From NCBI GenBank assembly GCA_019057635.1, contig DXJL01000119.1:1-16963 (forward strand): a DNA stretch of 16,963 bases, given 5' to 3'. Positions within the stretch are counted from its first letter, which is position 1; every line of letters starts with the position of its first letter. The notes under the pieces are model-generated. The model saw only the letters and a program-made list of their open reading frames with translations. It searched no databases and was not told the origin of the DNA. The position numbers and the translations under genes were made by a program. Shown piece by piece: positions 15,911 through 16,963 of this stretch. The DNA comes from Candidatus Heimdallarchaeota archaeon (lineage in GTDB: Archaea > Asgardarchaeota > Heimdallarchaeia > Hodarchaeales > Hodarchaeaceae).

Positions 15911-16963
15911 TATAGCTTGGAAAGATGTTACCCGGAAACGAGAGAGATCTTTTCTCTATATCATTACACATTCATTACTAGTGGCTACAGGTATCAATAT
16001 CTTCCTTATATCTTCTGTTCTACATTTACAAGTTGAAGAGGCCACACAAATGTTTAATGGGTCAATAATTCGCATCATGGATTTGTACCTGACATTTTTA
16101 ACATTGTTTTCATTTCTAGCTTCCATTATTTCGGCAAGTGTTCTTGCTTCTTTGCTTGCGGTATCGAGAATGAACGATTTAGCCGTTTTCCAATCACTAG
16201 GAGGAACATTCAAGCAGATTCAACGAATACCAATCGCAGAGATTTTTATTATTACAACTATCGGAGGGACAGTAGGAATTATTGAAGGATCTGTTTTGGG
16301 TTTTGTTCTCCTTTCGTTCTTAGGTTTTTCAATTATACACTTATCTTTAGTAGAACTCATCATTTTCTCGGTCGGATTTTTATTTTTTTCTGCAATCGGA
16401 ACTTATTTTGCAGCAGGATTCTTTGTAAACGTATTAATCAGAAAAAAATTTCATGAAATTTTAGATAGTCAGTACGTTGTCACACCTACAAACCCGAACA
16501 GAATATGGGGGATTTCTACCAAGAAGAGAACTGCTTTTCGATTAGGATATCTTCTTCAAACTCGCGCTAGATTGGTTTCACGAATAATGATTATAGGTAT
16601 TCTTGTTCTAACCGTGGTTTCTTCTTTTGGGATATTAGGGGGTTCTATAATTCAAAACACATCCGATTCCTACGTGGATCGTGGATTTGGAGGAAAGAAT
16701 GTTATTATTATCACTCCCTCTCCTTCTTTCTCCGATATTGTAAAGAAATGTTATGATCCTTATGAAAAACTAAGCTTTAGTCCTTCTACAAATTTTGCGA
16801 ATGAATTTATTCCAGAAGGATTTCTTAGTAATTTACCGACTGAGACGATCTTCGAATCAAGGTTGCTGACGATAGGAACCATCCGTCTATTAGAAGCTCT
16901 TCGAGAGGTCAATGATGTCATTTCATCGGTAAATAGTACTTTCAATAGTTATATCTGGGGAGT
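15897..16963 (+). CDS. FtsX/MacB-like ABC permease, 3'-truncated by window edge (absent from the ORF track)
   Basis: ATG at 15897 overlaps the ATPase end and the frame stays open to the window end: MGSLSIAWKDVTRKRERSFLYII...SRMNDLAVFQSLGGTFKQIQRIPIAEIFII... This is an FtsX signature with multiple TM helices and the start of a second repeat. Confidence 0.88.
   Translation, partial: MGSLSIAWKDVTRKRERSFLYIITHSLLVATGINIFLISSVLHLQVEEATQMFNGSIIRIMDLYLTFLTLFSFLASIISASVLASLLAVSRMNDLAVFQSLGGTFKQIQRIPIAEIFIITTIGGTVGIIEGSVLGFVLLSFLGFSIIHLSLVELIIFSVGFLFFSAIGTYFAAGFFVNVLIRKKFHEILDSQYVVTPTNPNRIWGISTKKRTAFRLGYLLQTRARLVSRIMIIGILVLTVVSSFGILGGSIIQNTSDSYVDRGFGGKNVIIITPSPSFSDIVKKCYDPYEKLSFSPSTNFANEFIPEGFLSNLPTETIFESRLLTIGTIRLLEALREVNDVISSVNSTFNSYIWG

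Noticed and set aside
1-16963. CRISPR array, tRNA/rRNA genes, transposase
   Set aside because: No spaced direct repeats, cloverleaf or rRNA signatures, or transposase motifs were seen.

Overview
AT-rich, gene-dense archaeal-looking window. Asgard/Heimdallarchaeia-like origin is an inference from the GGGP-synthase homologue, the MCP signature and the tandem-wHTH regulator, not a measured result. In order it holds: the 3' part of a tungsten-type aldehyde:ferredoxin oxidoreductase, an M42 peptidase, a DUF362 Fe-S protein, a hypothetical gene and an unexplained GC-richer, hairpin-rich ~340-nt segment. Next come two divergent LeuC/LeuD-type aconitase-family pairs separated by a scar (an MCP pseudogene fused back-to-back with another gene's 3' tail). 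After these are a divergent GGGP-synthase/PcrB homologue, PHP and DHH phosphoesterases, a MazG-like pyrophosphatase, a hypothetical gene, a PD-(D/E)XK-like nuclease, a membrane-tethered tandem wHTH regulator, and a MacB/LolD-type ABC ATPase plus an FtsX-like permease that runs off the end. The most interesting feature is the aconitase duo. One pair carries fungal homoaconitase (Lys4)-like signatures in split form. The other keeps its Fe-S ligands but has a remodelled active site (catalytic DH to DC, GIxH to GIGSH, SSRE to SSRQ), which suggests an uncharacterised hydro-lyase and possibly a division of labour between the two.
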